A stretch of 64,000 nucleotides of DNA from Desulfobacteraceae bacterium CG2_30_51_40 (GCA_001874005.1 MNYJ01000137.1:8535-72534), one strand, 5' to 3'. Shown: positions 26,614 through 36,428, counted from the stretch's first letter. Translations and numbers: made by a program. The notes: a model not told the origin generated them from the letters alone.

Positions 26614-27852
26614 ATGGCAGGAAAAAGAATCCACTATGGATGGATAGTCATAGCAATGGGACTGCTAACGGCCATAGCGGCCCACGGCTTCGGCAGGATG
26701 GCCTATACCATCATCCTTCCGGCCATGAAGGACGGACTCAAGTTCGATTATACCCAACTGGGCCTCCTGGGAACGGGAAACTTCATCGGTTATCTTGCGA
26801 TGGCCATAATCGGCGGTTTTCTGGCTGCCAGGTTCGGCACCAGGATCGTCATAACACTTGCCCTCCTCCTTATGGGGATTACCATGATATTGACAGGACT
26901 AAGCCAGACGTTCGGATTCGCATTCGCCATGCGGCTGATGACCGGGCTCGGAAACGGCGCCGCCTATGTGCCGGCCATGGCCCTGGGTTCAGCCTGGTTT
27001 GCCGTCAGGAGGAGGGGCTTTGCAACCGGTATTGTCTCTGCCGGAATAGGGGCAGGCACTCTCATCTCAGGCCTCGTTGTGCCGCCGCTTCTCAGTTCCT
27101 TTGGGGCGGAAGGATGGCGCACTTCATGGTATGTGCTTGGTTGCGCGGTTATCGTCATCGCAGTGATAGTCTTTGTTTTTGTCAGAAGCAGGCCCGAGGA
27201 AAAGGGGCTTCAGCCGGTCGGAGATGTCCCTTCCCAGACTCCGCCGGCCGGGATCCCCCATCAGAAAAGGGCTTCATCCCTTGCATGGGGGACTGTCTAT
27301 TCAAAGGGGCAGGTCTGGTACCTGGGTCTTGTCTATTTCTTCTACGGCATGTCCTACATCATCTATATGGTATTTTTTGCGGCATATCTTGTAAAGGAGA
27401 TGGGATACAGCCAGGCGTGGGCAGGAAGCCTCTGGGCCATGGTAGGTGGTTTGAGCATCTTTTGCGGGGTAATTTGGGGCGGCATTTCCGACCGCCTCGG
27501 CCGAAGCCGGGGGGCGGCCCTTGCATATCTTGTCCTGGGGATATCCTATCTCGTTTATGCAACTCTCAAAATGGAGACAGGCTTTTACATATCGGCCGTC
27601 CTCTTTGGTCTTACTGCCTGGAGCATACCAACCATCATGGCGGCAGCCGCCGGGGATATGGTAGGCCCGAGGCTTGCGCCAGCGGGCCTTGGTTTCATAA
27701 CGCTTTTTTTTGGAATAGGCCAGGCACTGGGGCCCGCCCTGGGTGGTTATCTTGCTGACAAGACCCAGTCCTTCACGGTCCCGTTTCTGGTTGCTGCGGG
27801 GATTTCTTTTGCCGGGGCCGTTTTCTCCCTTTTCTTGAAAAGGCCCAGATAG
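26614..27852 (+). CDS. MFS transporter
   Basis: ATG 26614 lies after RBS cAGGAGG. It has about 12 TM helices. The parallel 372-aa ORF 26640..27758 is an out-of-frame artefact. Confidence 0.8.
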   Translation: MAGKRIHYGWIVIAMGLLTAIAAHGFGRMAYTIILPAMKDGLKFDYTQLGLLGTGNFIGYLAMAIIGGFLAARFGTRIVITLALLLMGITMILTGLSQTFGFAFAMRLMTGLGNGAAYVPAMALGSAWFAVRRRGFATGIVSAGIGAGTLISGLVVPPLLSSFGAEGWRTSWYVLGCAVIVIAVIVFVFVRSRPEEKGLQPVGDVPSQTPPAGIPHQKRASSLAWGTVYSKGQVWYLGLVYFFYGMSYIIYMVFFAAYLVKEMGYSQAWAGSLWAMVGGLSIFCGVIWGGISDRLGRSRGAALAYLVLGISYLVYATLKMETGFYISAVLFGLTAWSIPTIMAAAAGDMVGPRLAPAGLGFITLFFGIGQALGPALGGYLADKTQSFTVPFLVAAGISFAGAVFSLFLKRPR

Positions 27853-27880
27853 GCCTAACCCATATCCGGGCCTTGGGTTT

Positions 27881-29224
27881 CTATCTGATTGCCCCTGCTC
27901 CGAAGGCAACCTTGGGAAGCCAGAGAATAATATCGGGAAAAAGTATGCACAGGATAAGCGCCACCCACTGGAGGCAGATAAATGGAAGAACCCCTTTGTA
28001 TATGTGCACTATGGTCATCTCAGGCGGCGCGATTCCCCTCAGGTAGAAAAGTGAATATCCGAAGGGGGGTGTCAGAAAGGCCATCTGCAGATTTATGCAT
28101 ATCAGGATGGAAAACCATATCTGGTTAAAGCCCATCTCCATGGCGACAGGCATGAATATGGGTATGACTATGAGAAGAATCCCCAGCCAGTCAATAAACA
28201 TGCCGAGGAAGAAGACTATCCCCATCATGATGAAAAGGACTCCATAGTATCCGGCCTCGGTCCCGACCAGCATGTTTGTCACCATCTCCCCACCGCCAAG
28301 CCCCATGAAAACTGCCTGGAATGCGTTTCCGCCCAAAAACAGGGTCATGACCATTGCGGTGGTAAGAAAGGTAGCCCATGATGCATCGTATAGGGCCTTC
28401 CAACTTAATTTTCTGTAAAGAAGTGCCAAGAGAACAGCGCCTGCGCATCCCATGCCCGCCGCTTCAGTGGGGGTGGCAACTCCTGCAAGGATGCTTCCCA
28501 GCACCACCACCACTAGGACGATCGCCGGGAAGAGAGAGGTTATGAAGACCTTTACCTTATATCCAATTGAGTAAATCCTTTCCTCTTTGGGAAGAGGAGG
28601 GCCGTATTCGGGCTTTATTGCGCACGCGACGGCGATATACAGGACATAGAGAAGCGAAAGAAGCATCCCCGGTCCGAAGGCCGCCGCATAAAGATGACCT
28701 ACCGAAAGGGCGGCAAGGCTTCCATAGACAACGAGCATTATGCTGGGGGGGATGATAATTCCCAGTGTCCCTCCTGCACAGATGGAGCCTGCTATGAGGG
28801 GAATATGATATTTCTTGGCCATGAGGGCTGGCACGGCAAGAAGCCCTACGGATACCTCCGTAGCACCCACAACGCCTGCGGTGGCGGCAAAGATGGTGCA
28901 GGCTATGATCACCGCCAGGGCAAGACCTCCACGAACAGGGCCCATTATGATGTGCATGCTTTCAAAAAGCCTCTCGGCGATACCTGTGGAATCAAGCACC
29001 TGGGCCATGAATATGAAGAGGGGCACTGCGACCAGCACATATTCCTCCATGACCCCGTAAGCCCGGTTGGCAAGGAGGTTAAATACCACATCAACATCGC
29101 CTCCCCAGCCCAGGACTCCGAAGACGAGGGCGAGGATTCCAAGGGAGAAGGCCAGAGGGTGGCCCAGAAAAAGCGTCACAAAAAGAGTTCCGAACATCAC
29201 CATGGCGAGGGTTTCGGGATTCAT
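27881..29224 (-). CDS. dctM: TRAP transporter large permease (DctM), locus 1 - intact but orphaned
   Basis: 447 aa and paralogous to 48828..50150 over its full length. No intact dctQ or dctP lies upstream. Confidence 0.85.
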   Translation of the reverse strand: MNPETLAMVMFGTLFVTLFLGHPLAFSLGILALVFGVLGWGGDVDVVFNLLANRAYGVMEEYVLVAVPLFIFMAQVLDSTGIAERLFESMHIIMGPVRGGLALAVIIACTIFAATAGVVGATEVSVGLLAVPALMAKKYHIPLIAGSICAGGTLGIIIPPSIMLVVYGSLAALSVGHLYAAAFGPGMLLSLLYVLYIAVACAIKPEYGPPLPKEERIYSIGYKVKVFITSLFPAIVLVVVVLGSILAGVATPTEAAGMGCAGAVLLALLYRKLSWKALYDASWATFLTTAMVMTLFLGGNAFQAVFMGLGGGEMVTNMLVGTEAGYYGVLFIMMGIVFFLGMFIDWLGILLIVIPIFMPVAMEMGFNQIWFSILICINLQMAFLTPPFGYSLFYLRGIAPPEMTIVHIYKGVLPFICLQWVALILCILFPDIILWLPKVAFGAGAIR

Positions 29225-29409
29225 ATCTTTTCTCCCTTCAACTCGTAATAGTCACGAACAAAATTGGCGATCCCCTGCAGCAGAAGCATAAACATAGTAA
29301 CCGGCATGACCGTCTTATAAGGTAAGTGTCGTGGGCCATCGATGAGTAAGGTCCTCTCAGCGCCTGCACGGGTGAGAGCCATTTCCTTTCCCCGGCATGG
29401 CTGCGCCAA
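29221..29409 (-). pseudogene. dctQ: TRAP small permease (DctQ) 3' remnant
   Basis: Only the last ~45 codons (..PYKTVMPVTMFMLLLQGIANFVRDYYELKG) align with the C-termini of the intact DctQ proteins at 42759..43274 and 50147..50656. The ATGA overlap with dctM is retained, and the 5' two-thirds are absent. Confidence 0.65.
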
Positions 29410-29466
29410 AGGATTAGGAGAGGGACCTTGGGACGGGTTGTAATTTCACAAAGGAGGAGATATTAC

Positions 29467-30660
29467 TTGAATCATCAAATTGTATTGAAAGACGCCTACA
29501 AGAGGTACACCCTTGACCAGGACAAGATCGTATCCCCTGAGGAAACGGCCCGGCGTTTCAGGGAGAGGCTTCAGAGCCTGGATATCCCGGTCTATTTCAA
29601 CATATGCGGCCGGGATGCCAGGGCCAGCATCGGGACACGGAAGCAGATGTGGAAGGGGGACACGCCCAATCAGTCCGAGGTGAGCGCGGTCATGGAGCTG
29701 GCGGAGCGGTTCAGTTTTTTCAGCTTCTCCAGAGATTCTGAAAACTCCATGGTTGAGGAATACCGGAATATCAGAGACCGGGCACTTCCTTTTGAGATGC
29801 CAGCCCGATCGGTCCATGATGAATCCGATGATCTGGATGCGGCGCGGGAGATGTTTTCGCTGTTGCCGCTCAGATGGACCTGGGGTTACAATATGACGAA
29901 ATAGGAATCCTTTCTGATCCCCTTTGACTGGTTTTTTGCCATCAACGAATTTAATGGGGCCTCTGCCGGAAATGGTGCGGAGGAGATGATCCTTCAGGGT
30001 ATCTGCGAGGTAGTGGAGTGGCAAGTGTTGTCCCTTTTCACCAGAGGGAGGCTGAAGACGGCGACCATTGATCTAGACAGTGTAACCGATCCCCTTGTCG
30101 CGGAGATGATTGGAAAGTACCATAAGACGGGCATCCGGGTTTTCACCTCGGATTTCACATTCAGCATGGGGATCCCTTCGGTCGGGGTTCTTGCCTATGA
30201 TCCGGCCACTTTTCCGGAAAAAAGTGAGATCGTCTGAACCGCAGGCGCCACGCCCGATCCCCAGAAGGCCTTGCGCCGCACCCTGACCGAGGTGGCCCAA
30301 CTGGCCTGCGATTTTAATTCAGGGTCCAATTATGTGGCCAATGGTCTTCCTAAATTCCGGGACTTGTCCGGGGCCGATTTTGTCCTCCATCCCGATGAAC
30401 GCGTCGATATTCTGCGCCTCCCCGATTTCTCCCACAAAAATATTCGGGCGGAGGTGGAAAACTGCATTGGGGCAGTGGCCCAAACAGGAATGGAAATCGT
30501 TGTCGTAGACGTGATGCATCCCAAATTGGGGATCCCCGCATTATATACCATCGTGCCCGGGGTCCATTTCAGGGAGAGGGCCGAGGGCACCAGCATCGGG
30601 ATGTTCACGGCCAAACTGATTGCAGAGAGAGGGGACCCGGAATGGGCTGTGTGGAGGTGA
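29467..30660 (+). pseudogene. ycaO: YcaO-domain protein interrupted by in-frame TAG (29902-29904) and TGA (30235-30237)
   Basis: Three track ORFs (29428.., 29986.., 30271..) are in the same frame. The joined product carries YcaO hallmarks (KQMWKG, SAVMELAERFS, NGASAGNGAEEMILQGICEVVE, TAGATPDPQKALRRTLTEVAQ). The probable start is TTG 29467, 8 nt after AAGGAGG. Confidence 0.75.
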
Positions 30661-30665
30661 AAAAG

Positions 30666-31076
30666 ATGGATCACATGCTGCCGGACAAGTATTATGTCAA
30701 ATTCTTTCTGGGGCTTTCATACATGGCACGCAATGACCTGTCAAACACCCTGGCCTGCCTCCAGGAGGCCCTTGAAAAGGCCATGCAGATTGATGACGAA
30801 CGGACGGATGTGTACAAGCTTCGGGGTTTCTGTCATTTCAAACAGAAGGCGCATGAAAAGACCATTGATGCATTCCAGAAGGTACTTGAACTCAATCCCG
30901 GTTCGGCCATTGCTTACGCCAACATCGCTTCCAACTACAGGGATATGGGCGAAAGGGACAAGACGGTGCAATACTACAAATTGGCTCCGGAACCGGATGA
31001 GACAATCGCATTTGCAAGGGAAAACCTCAGAAAATTAGAGGCTGAAGGGACGAAAAAATCGGGGCAGCGGCCTTGA
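30666..31076 (+). CDS. TPR repeat protein (YcaO-associated)
   Basis: 136 aa with about 3 TPR units (..ALEKAMQIDDERTDVYKLRGFCHFKQKAHEKTIDAFQKVLELNPGSAIAYANIASNY..). The start is 6 nt after the YcaO stop. Confidence 0.7.
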   Translation: MDHMLPDKYYVKFFLGLSYMARNDLSNTLACLQEALEKAMQIDDERTDVYKLRGFCHFKQKAHEKTIDAFQKVLELNPGSAIAYANIASNYRDMGERDKTVQYYKLAPEPDETIAFARENLRKLEAEGTKKSGQRP

Positions 31077-31278
31077 CTGCCGGTCTTATACGTTTATATT
31101 TATCTCGTATCTGCAATTCGGCCGCCCGTAACCCGCACTCGGTATGCAGTATGGAGTATGTAGTGAGAGAAGTGAATAAAATGCCTAAAGTTTGAAGTTA
31201 GAAGGTGAAATCGGAATTCTTTCGTTCTTGACTGTAGGCACTCCAAACTCTTAACTTCAAGCTTCCCAAAAAAAAGAA

Positions 31279-31308
31279 CCCAGTATCCAGTATCCAGTAT
31301 CCAGCACC
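31279..31308 (+). repeat. Tandem heptamer repeat (CCAGTAT)x3+ just upstream of the ABC operon start
   Basis: The sequence is ccagtatccagtatccagtatccagcacc. A second heptamer array gtatgcA gtatggA gtatgtA lies at 31141-31165. Confidence 0.7.
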
Positions 31309-31322
31309 AATGAGGTCTGTCT

Positions 31323-32294
31323 ATGATAGAGGTAAACCATCTCAGTAAATATTTTGGTGAAACCGGCGCTGTTAACGACATCTCTTTTACCGTGGACCGG
31401 GGAGAGGTCTTGGGGTTTTTAGGTCCCAATGCCGCAGGAAAATCGACGACCATGCGGATGATTACCGGATTTCTAACCCCCACGGCCGGGACGGCCGTTA
31501 TCGGCGGGAGCGATATCATTAAAGACTGCCTGGGGGCCAGGAGAAAGATCGGGTATCTCCCTGAGAACGCCCCTGCCTACCCTGACATGACGGTTGCCGG
31601 GTTCCTCGGCTTTATCGCCGGAATACGGGGGTTCTCCGGCGATGCCAAGCGGGTGCGCGTCCAGGAGACCCTTGATCGCTGTTTCCTCTCAGATGTGCGG
31701 CACCAGATCATCAATACCCTTTCCAAGGGATATAAACAGAGGGTCTGTTTTGCTCAGAGCATCCTCCATGACCCCGAATATCTCATCATGGATGAACCCA
31801 CGGATGGCCTCGATCCGAACCAGAAACATGAAGTCCGCGCCATGATCCGTGACATGTCCCGGGACAAGGCCATCGTCATTTCCACCCACATCTTGGAGGA
31901 GGTGGAACTGGTATGCAAGCGGGTCATCATCATCGCCCGGGGTCACATTGTGGCGGATGATACGCCCGAAGGGCTCACGGAAAGGTCGGCACTCCACGGG
32001 GCGATCGGTCTGACGGTCCGTAAGCAGGATGGAAATGCTCTGATTAAAGGCATTCAGGATCTGCCTGAGATCGATCGGAGTGAGGTGGTGGGTGAAAGCG
32101 AATCCGATATGACGCTCCGTCTCTTTCTGAAAGAAACCGCTTCTCTCAGCGACGGCGGGATGGAGCGGGTTGTCCGGCGTCTGTTTGAAAGGGGGTCTTC
32201 TGTAGAGACATTTTTTATGGAAAAGGGCCGGTTGGATGAGGTCTTCCGGATGGTCACCCGGTCGGATTCGACAACGACGGACCGGGTTGCGTAG
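31323..32294 (+). CDS. ABC transporter ATP-binding protein (GldA-like, ABC-2 type)
   Basis: Motifs are Walker A GPNAAGKSTT, signature LSKGYKQRV and Walker B LIMDEP. Confidence 0.85.
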   Translation: MIEVNHLSKYFGETGAVNDISFTVDRGEVLGFLGPNAAGKSTTMRMITGFLTPTAGTAVIGGSDIIKDCLGARRKIGYLPENAPAYPDMTVAGFLGFIAGIRGFSGDAKRVRVQETLDRCFLSDVRHQIINTLSKGYKQRVCFAQSILHDPEYLIMDEPTDGLDPNQKHEVRAMIRDMSRDKAIVISTHILEEVELVCKRVIIIARGHIVADDTPEGLTERSALHGAIGLTVRKQDGNALIKGIQDLPEIDRSEVVGESESDMTLRLFLKETASLSDGGMERVVRRLFERGSSVETFFMEKGRLDEVFRMVTRSDSTTTDRVA

Positions 32295-32329
32295 CCAGCT
32301 CCTTTAACACGATCTGAATGGGGTAATTT

Positions 32330-33076
32330 ATGAATGATTTTGTGAGGAACACTTCGGGGATCCTGATGCGGGAATTCGGCGGATATTTCGGGTCGCCCGT
32401 GGCCTATGTCTTTATCGTCATTTTTCTGATGCTGTGCGGGTTCTTCACCTTTTCCCTGAGCCATTTCTATGAGATCGGCCAGGCAGACCTGCGGGTTTTT
32501 TTTGAGTGGCATCCCTGGATCTTCCTCTTTTTGGTGCCTGCTGTGGCTATGCGGTTGTGGGCCGAGGAACGCCGGACCGGGACCATCGAACTTATCCTGA
32601 CCCTGCCGGTCACCCTTGTGCAGGTCATTGTGGGAAAATTTCTGGCTGCATGGCTCTTCATCGGGGTGGCGCTGATCCTGACCTTTCCCATGGCCCTGAC
32701 GGTCCTGTACTTAGGCGATCCGGACATGGGGGCCATTGTGTGCGGGTATTTCGGTAGCTTTCTCATGGCCGGGGCCTACCTGAGCGTGGGCTCCATGACC
32801 TCCGCCATGACGCGGAACCAGGTGATCAGCTTCATCCTTTCCGTGGTCATCTGCCTGTTCCTGGTCTTGGCCGGGTGGCCGCCGGTAACCGATGCCCTGA
32901 CCGGATGGGCCCCTGCCTGGCTGGTGAATGTGGTCGCCGGATTCAGCTTCATGCCCCATTTCGCGTCCATGGAACGGGGGGTCGCGGACCTGCGTGATCT
33001 GATCTATTTTGGTTCCGTCATATTTTTCATGCTTTTTGCAAACGGTGTGATCCTGCAGAACCGCAGGGCAAACTGA
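32330..33076 (+). CDS. ABC-2 type transporter permease (GldF-like)
   Basis: 248 aa with 6 TM helices, immediately downstream of the ATPase gene. Confidence 0.75.
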   Translation: MNDFVRNTSGILMREFGGYFGSPVAYVFIVIFLMLCGFFTFSLSHFYEIGQADLRVFFEWHPWIFLFLVPAVAMRLWAEERRTGTIELILTLPVTLVQVIVGKFLAAWLFIGVALILTFPMALTVLYLGDPDMGAIVCGYFGSFLMAGAYLSVGSMTSAMTRNQVISFILSVVICLFLVLAGWPPVTDALTGWAPAWLVNVVAGFSFMPHFASMERGVADLRDLIYFGSVIFFMLFANGVILQNRRAN

Positions 33077-33090
33077 AGGAGGCGCTGACA

Positions 33091-34974
33091 ATGGCAACGG
33101 GGAAAGGTTATGATTATAAAAAGGCGCTCGTATCGGTTACGGGATTAGCGCTCCTGTTCCTTGTCCTGATCTTTGTCAACATCATTGCATCGTATGCGAC
33201 GATTCGATGGGATGCCACTGAAGACAATGCCTACTCCCTTTCCGATGGGACGCGGCACATCCTTGACACCATGACGGAACCGGTCACCATCAAGTTTTTC
33301 TACTCCAGGAGCAATCCCGACGTTCCGGCCAACATCAAGGTGTATGCGAAACACGTGGAAGATTTCCTCTCCGAATACCGGCACGAGGGCAAGGGCCGGA
33401 TCAAGGTGGAAATGGTGGATCCGAAACCTGACTCGGATGAGGAGGAATGGGCCCAGAAGTATGGTGTTGAGCCCATGAGGACGCCGGGAGGGAAGGTCTA
33501 TTGCGGCCTGGTCTTTTTTTCTGCGGACCAGGAAGAGGTTATTCCATGGTTGGATCCGGCCAAGGAGCAGATGCTGGAATACGATCTTACCAGCATCATC
33601 CAGGGCCTTCAGACAACGGGAAAAAAGGTGGTCGGCATCATCAGCAGTCTTCCGGTCTTCGGGACCAAGGGAAGGGCCATGCCGGGCCAGGCCCCGGAAG
33701 AGGAATGGCTCTTTGTCACGGAGATGAAGAAGATCTATGATGTCCGGGCCATCAGCCCGTTGGTCCAGACCATCGATTCGTCCCTGGATCTCCTCATGGT
33801 GGTGTATCCAAAAAATATCAGCTCCCAGTTGGAGTACGCGATCGATCAGTATGTCCTCTCGGGCGGTAATGCCCTCATCTTTATGGACCCCCTGTGCGTT
33901 TCAGACCGGGAAGCGGGGCAGCAGCAGTTCCTGCGGTCTTCAGGCACTTCTTTGGATAAGGTCTTTAAGGCATGGGGCATATCGATGGATCCGGCTAAGG
34001 CCGTAGCCGATTTCGGTCAGCCGACCAGGGTGAGCACCGGGAGCAACAGCACGGAAGACAATCCCCTGATGATATCGGCCAGGGGCGAGGTTTTCAATCG
34101 TAAGGACGTTGTCACCGCAGGTCTCGAAAGCATGCTCTTCCCGGTGGCCGGGGCGATCGAGAAGACCGGCTACATGGACCATGAATTTGAGCCACTGGTG
34201 GATTCGAGTGCCAACGCCGCCCTGACGGATGCCTTCAATGCCTTTCTGGGTGTGGAGGCCGTCAAAAAGGGGTTTGTCCCGGCCGGGAAATCATTCAACC
34301 TTGTGGTGTACGTTCGAGGGACGTTCAAGACCGCCTTTCCCGAAGGCCGTCCCAAATCAGAGGACCCCGCGGCTGAATCCCCTGAGGCGCTGAAGGGCCC
34401 CCATCTCAAAGAAGCGAAAAAGGCCTCGACCCTTATCATTGTCTCTGATGCGGATATGCTGGCCGACCAGTTTTATGTGCAGCGGGGTAATTTTTTCGGC
34501 CTGCCCGTCTCGGAGATGTTCAACGATAACCTGAACTTTTTTTCCAATGCCGCAGAGATTCTCACAGGGAGCGAGGATCTGATCGGGCTCAGGTCCCGGG
34601 GAAAGCTGGAAAGGCCCTTTACGGCGGTACTGGAGCTGAAGAGAAAGGCCCAGGAACGCTGGCTGTCAAAGGAAAACGAACTCGTTAAACAGATAGAGGA
34701 GACCAATCAGAAGCTCCGTCAGCTTGAGCAACAGAAGGACGGATCCCAGAAAATGATAATCAGCCCTGAGCAGGAGGCAGAGGTCGCCCGGTTCAAGGAG
34801 GAGCGGCAAAAGATCAATGGGCAACTGAAAGAGGTTCGAAAAAACCTGCGCTCCGAGATCGAGAACCTGGGCGCGACACTCAAAGGGATCAATATATTCC
34901 TGATGCCTTTTTTGGTCGCCATTACAGGAATTGTCTTTGCCATCTATAGACAGAGGAAGATCAGGAGAAAATGA
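33091..34974 (+). CDS. GldG-like ABC-transporter auxiliary protein
   Basis: 627 aa with N- and C-terminal TM anchors, a large extracytoplasmic domain and a coiled coil near the C-terminus. Its position after GldA/F-like genes is typical. Confidence 0.65.
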   Translation: MATGKGYDYKKALVSVTGLALLFLVLIFVNIIASYATIRWDATEDNAYSLSDGTRHILDTMTEPVTIKFFYSRSNPDVPANIKVYAKHVEDFLSEYRHEGKGRIKVEMVDPKPDSDEEEWAQKYGVEPMRTPGGKVYCGLVFFSADQEEVIPWLDPAKEQMLEYDLTSIIQGLQTTGKKVVGIISSLPVFGTKGRAMPGQAPEEEWLFVTEMKKIYDVRAISPLVQTIDSSLDLLMVVYPKNISSQLEYAIDQYVLSGGNALIFMDPLCVSDREAGQQQFLRSSGTSLDKVFKAWGISMDPAKAVADFGQPTRVSTGSNSTEDNPLMISARGEVFNRKDVVTAGLESMLFPVAGAIEKTGYMDHEFEPLVDSSANAALTDAFNAFLGVEAVKKGFVPAGKSFNLVVYVRGTFKTAFPEGRPKSEDPAAESPEALKGPHLKEAKKASTLIIVSDADMLADQFYVQRGNFFGLPVSEMFNDNLNFFSNAAEILTGSEDLIGLRSRGKLERPFTAVLELKRKAQERWLSKENELVKQIEETNQKLRQLEQQKDGSQKMIISPEQEAEVARFKEERQKINGQLKEVRKNLRSEIENLGATLKGINIFLMPFLVAITGIVFAIYRQRKIRRK

Positions 34975-36140
34975 AGCCGAGGACACTTGTGATTCTATTG
35001 GTCATTCTGGTGGCCCTCGCAGGGGCGGGGGCCCTCCTCATCCATTCACGGGACATGCGTTCCTCGTCCGGAGAGATGGGCGCCTACCTTCTGGAGCAGC
35101 TTCCGGTCAATGATATTGCTTCAATTGTCATCGAGACGCCGACGTCTGCTGTTTCCCTGAAAAAACCGGCCGATTCGTGGATTGTGGAAGAGCGTTTCGG
35201 CTATCCGGCGGATTTTGCCAAGCTCTCCGAGTTTGTGAGGATCCTTAAGGAGGTCAAAATAGGACGCAAATTCGATGCCTCTGAGAAGGTACTGAAACGT
35301 CTTTCTATCAAATCTCCTGATGACGCCGATGCCCTGGATGAAGAGAAGGGGACCCGTGTCCGGATGACAAACTCGAATGGAAAATGTCTTCTCGACATGG
35401 TCTTGGGTAAAACCAGGGCCAAGGACCCGCAGAAAGGCCCGCCGGATGGCCAGTACGTGATGATGGGGGAGGCCCCTGAGATCTATCTGATCGATAAGAT
35501 TCTGTCCTCTCTTGAGGGGGGACCGGCCGAATGGCTGGAAAAGAGCCCGGTCCAGGTCGATGCAGGGGAGATTCAAAAGATTACCTGTCTGGGACCCGGG
35601 GAGACCCCTGTGCGCTATCTGTTCGAGCGTACTGCCAGGGGGAAGGATCTTGAGCTGATTAAACCTGCAACGGACCTGAATATCAAGAAATCCTCGCTTA
35701 ACCGATTGTCAAACGCCCTGTCGTCACTCAAGATCACCGATGTGGAAGCCTCCTCGGCATCATCGGAAGTGATCGGGAAAGATGCCTCTGTGCGCCTGGA
35801 CTACACGCTTTTCGACGGGTGGGTCTATCAGGTTTATATGGGCAAGGCCTGTTCGGCGACCGTTACCTGCCGGATACGGCTTGAAGTCGGTTATCAGCCC
35901 ACCGGGCCTGCGAGACCGGAGGCTGATCAGACTGCCACGACCGAAGATAAGGCTGCTGCCGGGGCCAAAAGCAAAGCGGCCACAACGGCCGTAGAAACAA
36001 CAGAAGAAAACGAGCGACTGAAACGCTGGGTCTTCACGATCCCGGAACGGCAACATCAGGCGTTTTTTATTGACCTGGAACCGTTGCTTGAAAAAAAGGC
36101 CGAAAAAATTGGATCGGACAGAGCATCCCCCGGCAGATAA
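34971..36140 (+). CDS. DUF4340-like membrane-anchored protein
   Basis: There is an ATGA overlap with the preceding gene and an N-terminal TM anchor. It is the usual fourth gene of GldAFG-like clusters. The family call is from memory. Confidence 0.5.
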   Translation: MKPRTLVILLVILVALAGAGALLIHSRDMRSSSGEMGAYLLEQLPVNDIASIVIETPTSAVSLKKPADSWIVEERFGYPADFAKLSEFVRILKEVKIGRKFDASEKVLKRLSIKSPDDADALDEEKGTRVRMTNSNGKCLLDMVLGKTRAKDPQKGPPDGQYVMMGEAPEIYLIDKILSSLEGGPAEWLEKSPVQVDAGEIQKITCLGPGETPVRYLFERTARGKDLELIKPATDLNIKKSSLNRLSNALSSLKITDVEASSASSEVIGKDASVRLDYTLFDGWVYQVYMGKACSATVTCRIRLEVGYQPTGPARPEADQTATTEDKAAAGAKSKAATTAVETTEENERLKRWVFTIPERQHQAFFIDLEPLLEKKAEKIGSDRASPGR

Positions 36141-36428
36141 CGCGCTTTTTTTCCTTAACCCCCGACAAAGCTGTTAATGCCCTGCCTTATTTCTTATGGC
36201 ATGGCTCCATTTGCGAATCGAGTTTACTCTGAAGAATCGGTTTCTCTTGCCAGAGTGGCGACCTTGGGCTTGGGACCATACAATTTACTTGGGAAGGAGG
36301 TTGGCACTTTGGGAGAAGGAGTTGTGAAGTAGTTCAGCGAAAGAAAAGGGTTTGGGTTGGGAAATCACGACAAACCGCCAATTTTCTCAATTAGAATTAT
36401 GCTCAACAGCCCTTAGAGTCGTACTGGC

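Noticed and set aside
26640-27758. 372-aa plus-strand ORF overlapping the MFS gene in another frame
   Set aside because: The product is Arg/Gly/Pro-rich with no TM helices. The frame starting at 26590/26614 gives a textbook 12-TM MFS protein.
29902-30237. TAG as pyrrolysine and TGA as selenocysteine in the YcaO gene
   Set aside because: TAG terminates several well-defined genes in the window, and no pyl or sel genes are present here. The sequence after TGA forms only a weak GC stem (GCaGGCGC..GCGCCGC) with no obvious SECIS apical loop. The gene also shows other signs of erosion. I keep this only as an alternative to be excluded with reads and orthologue alignment.
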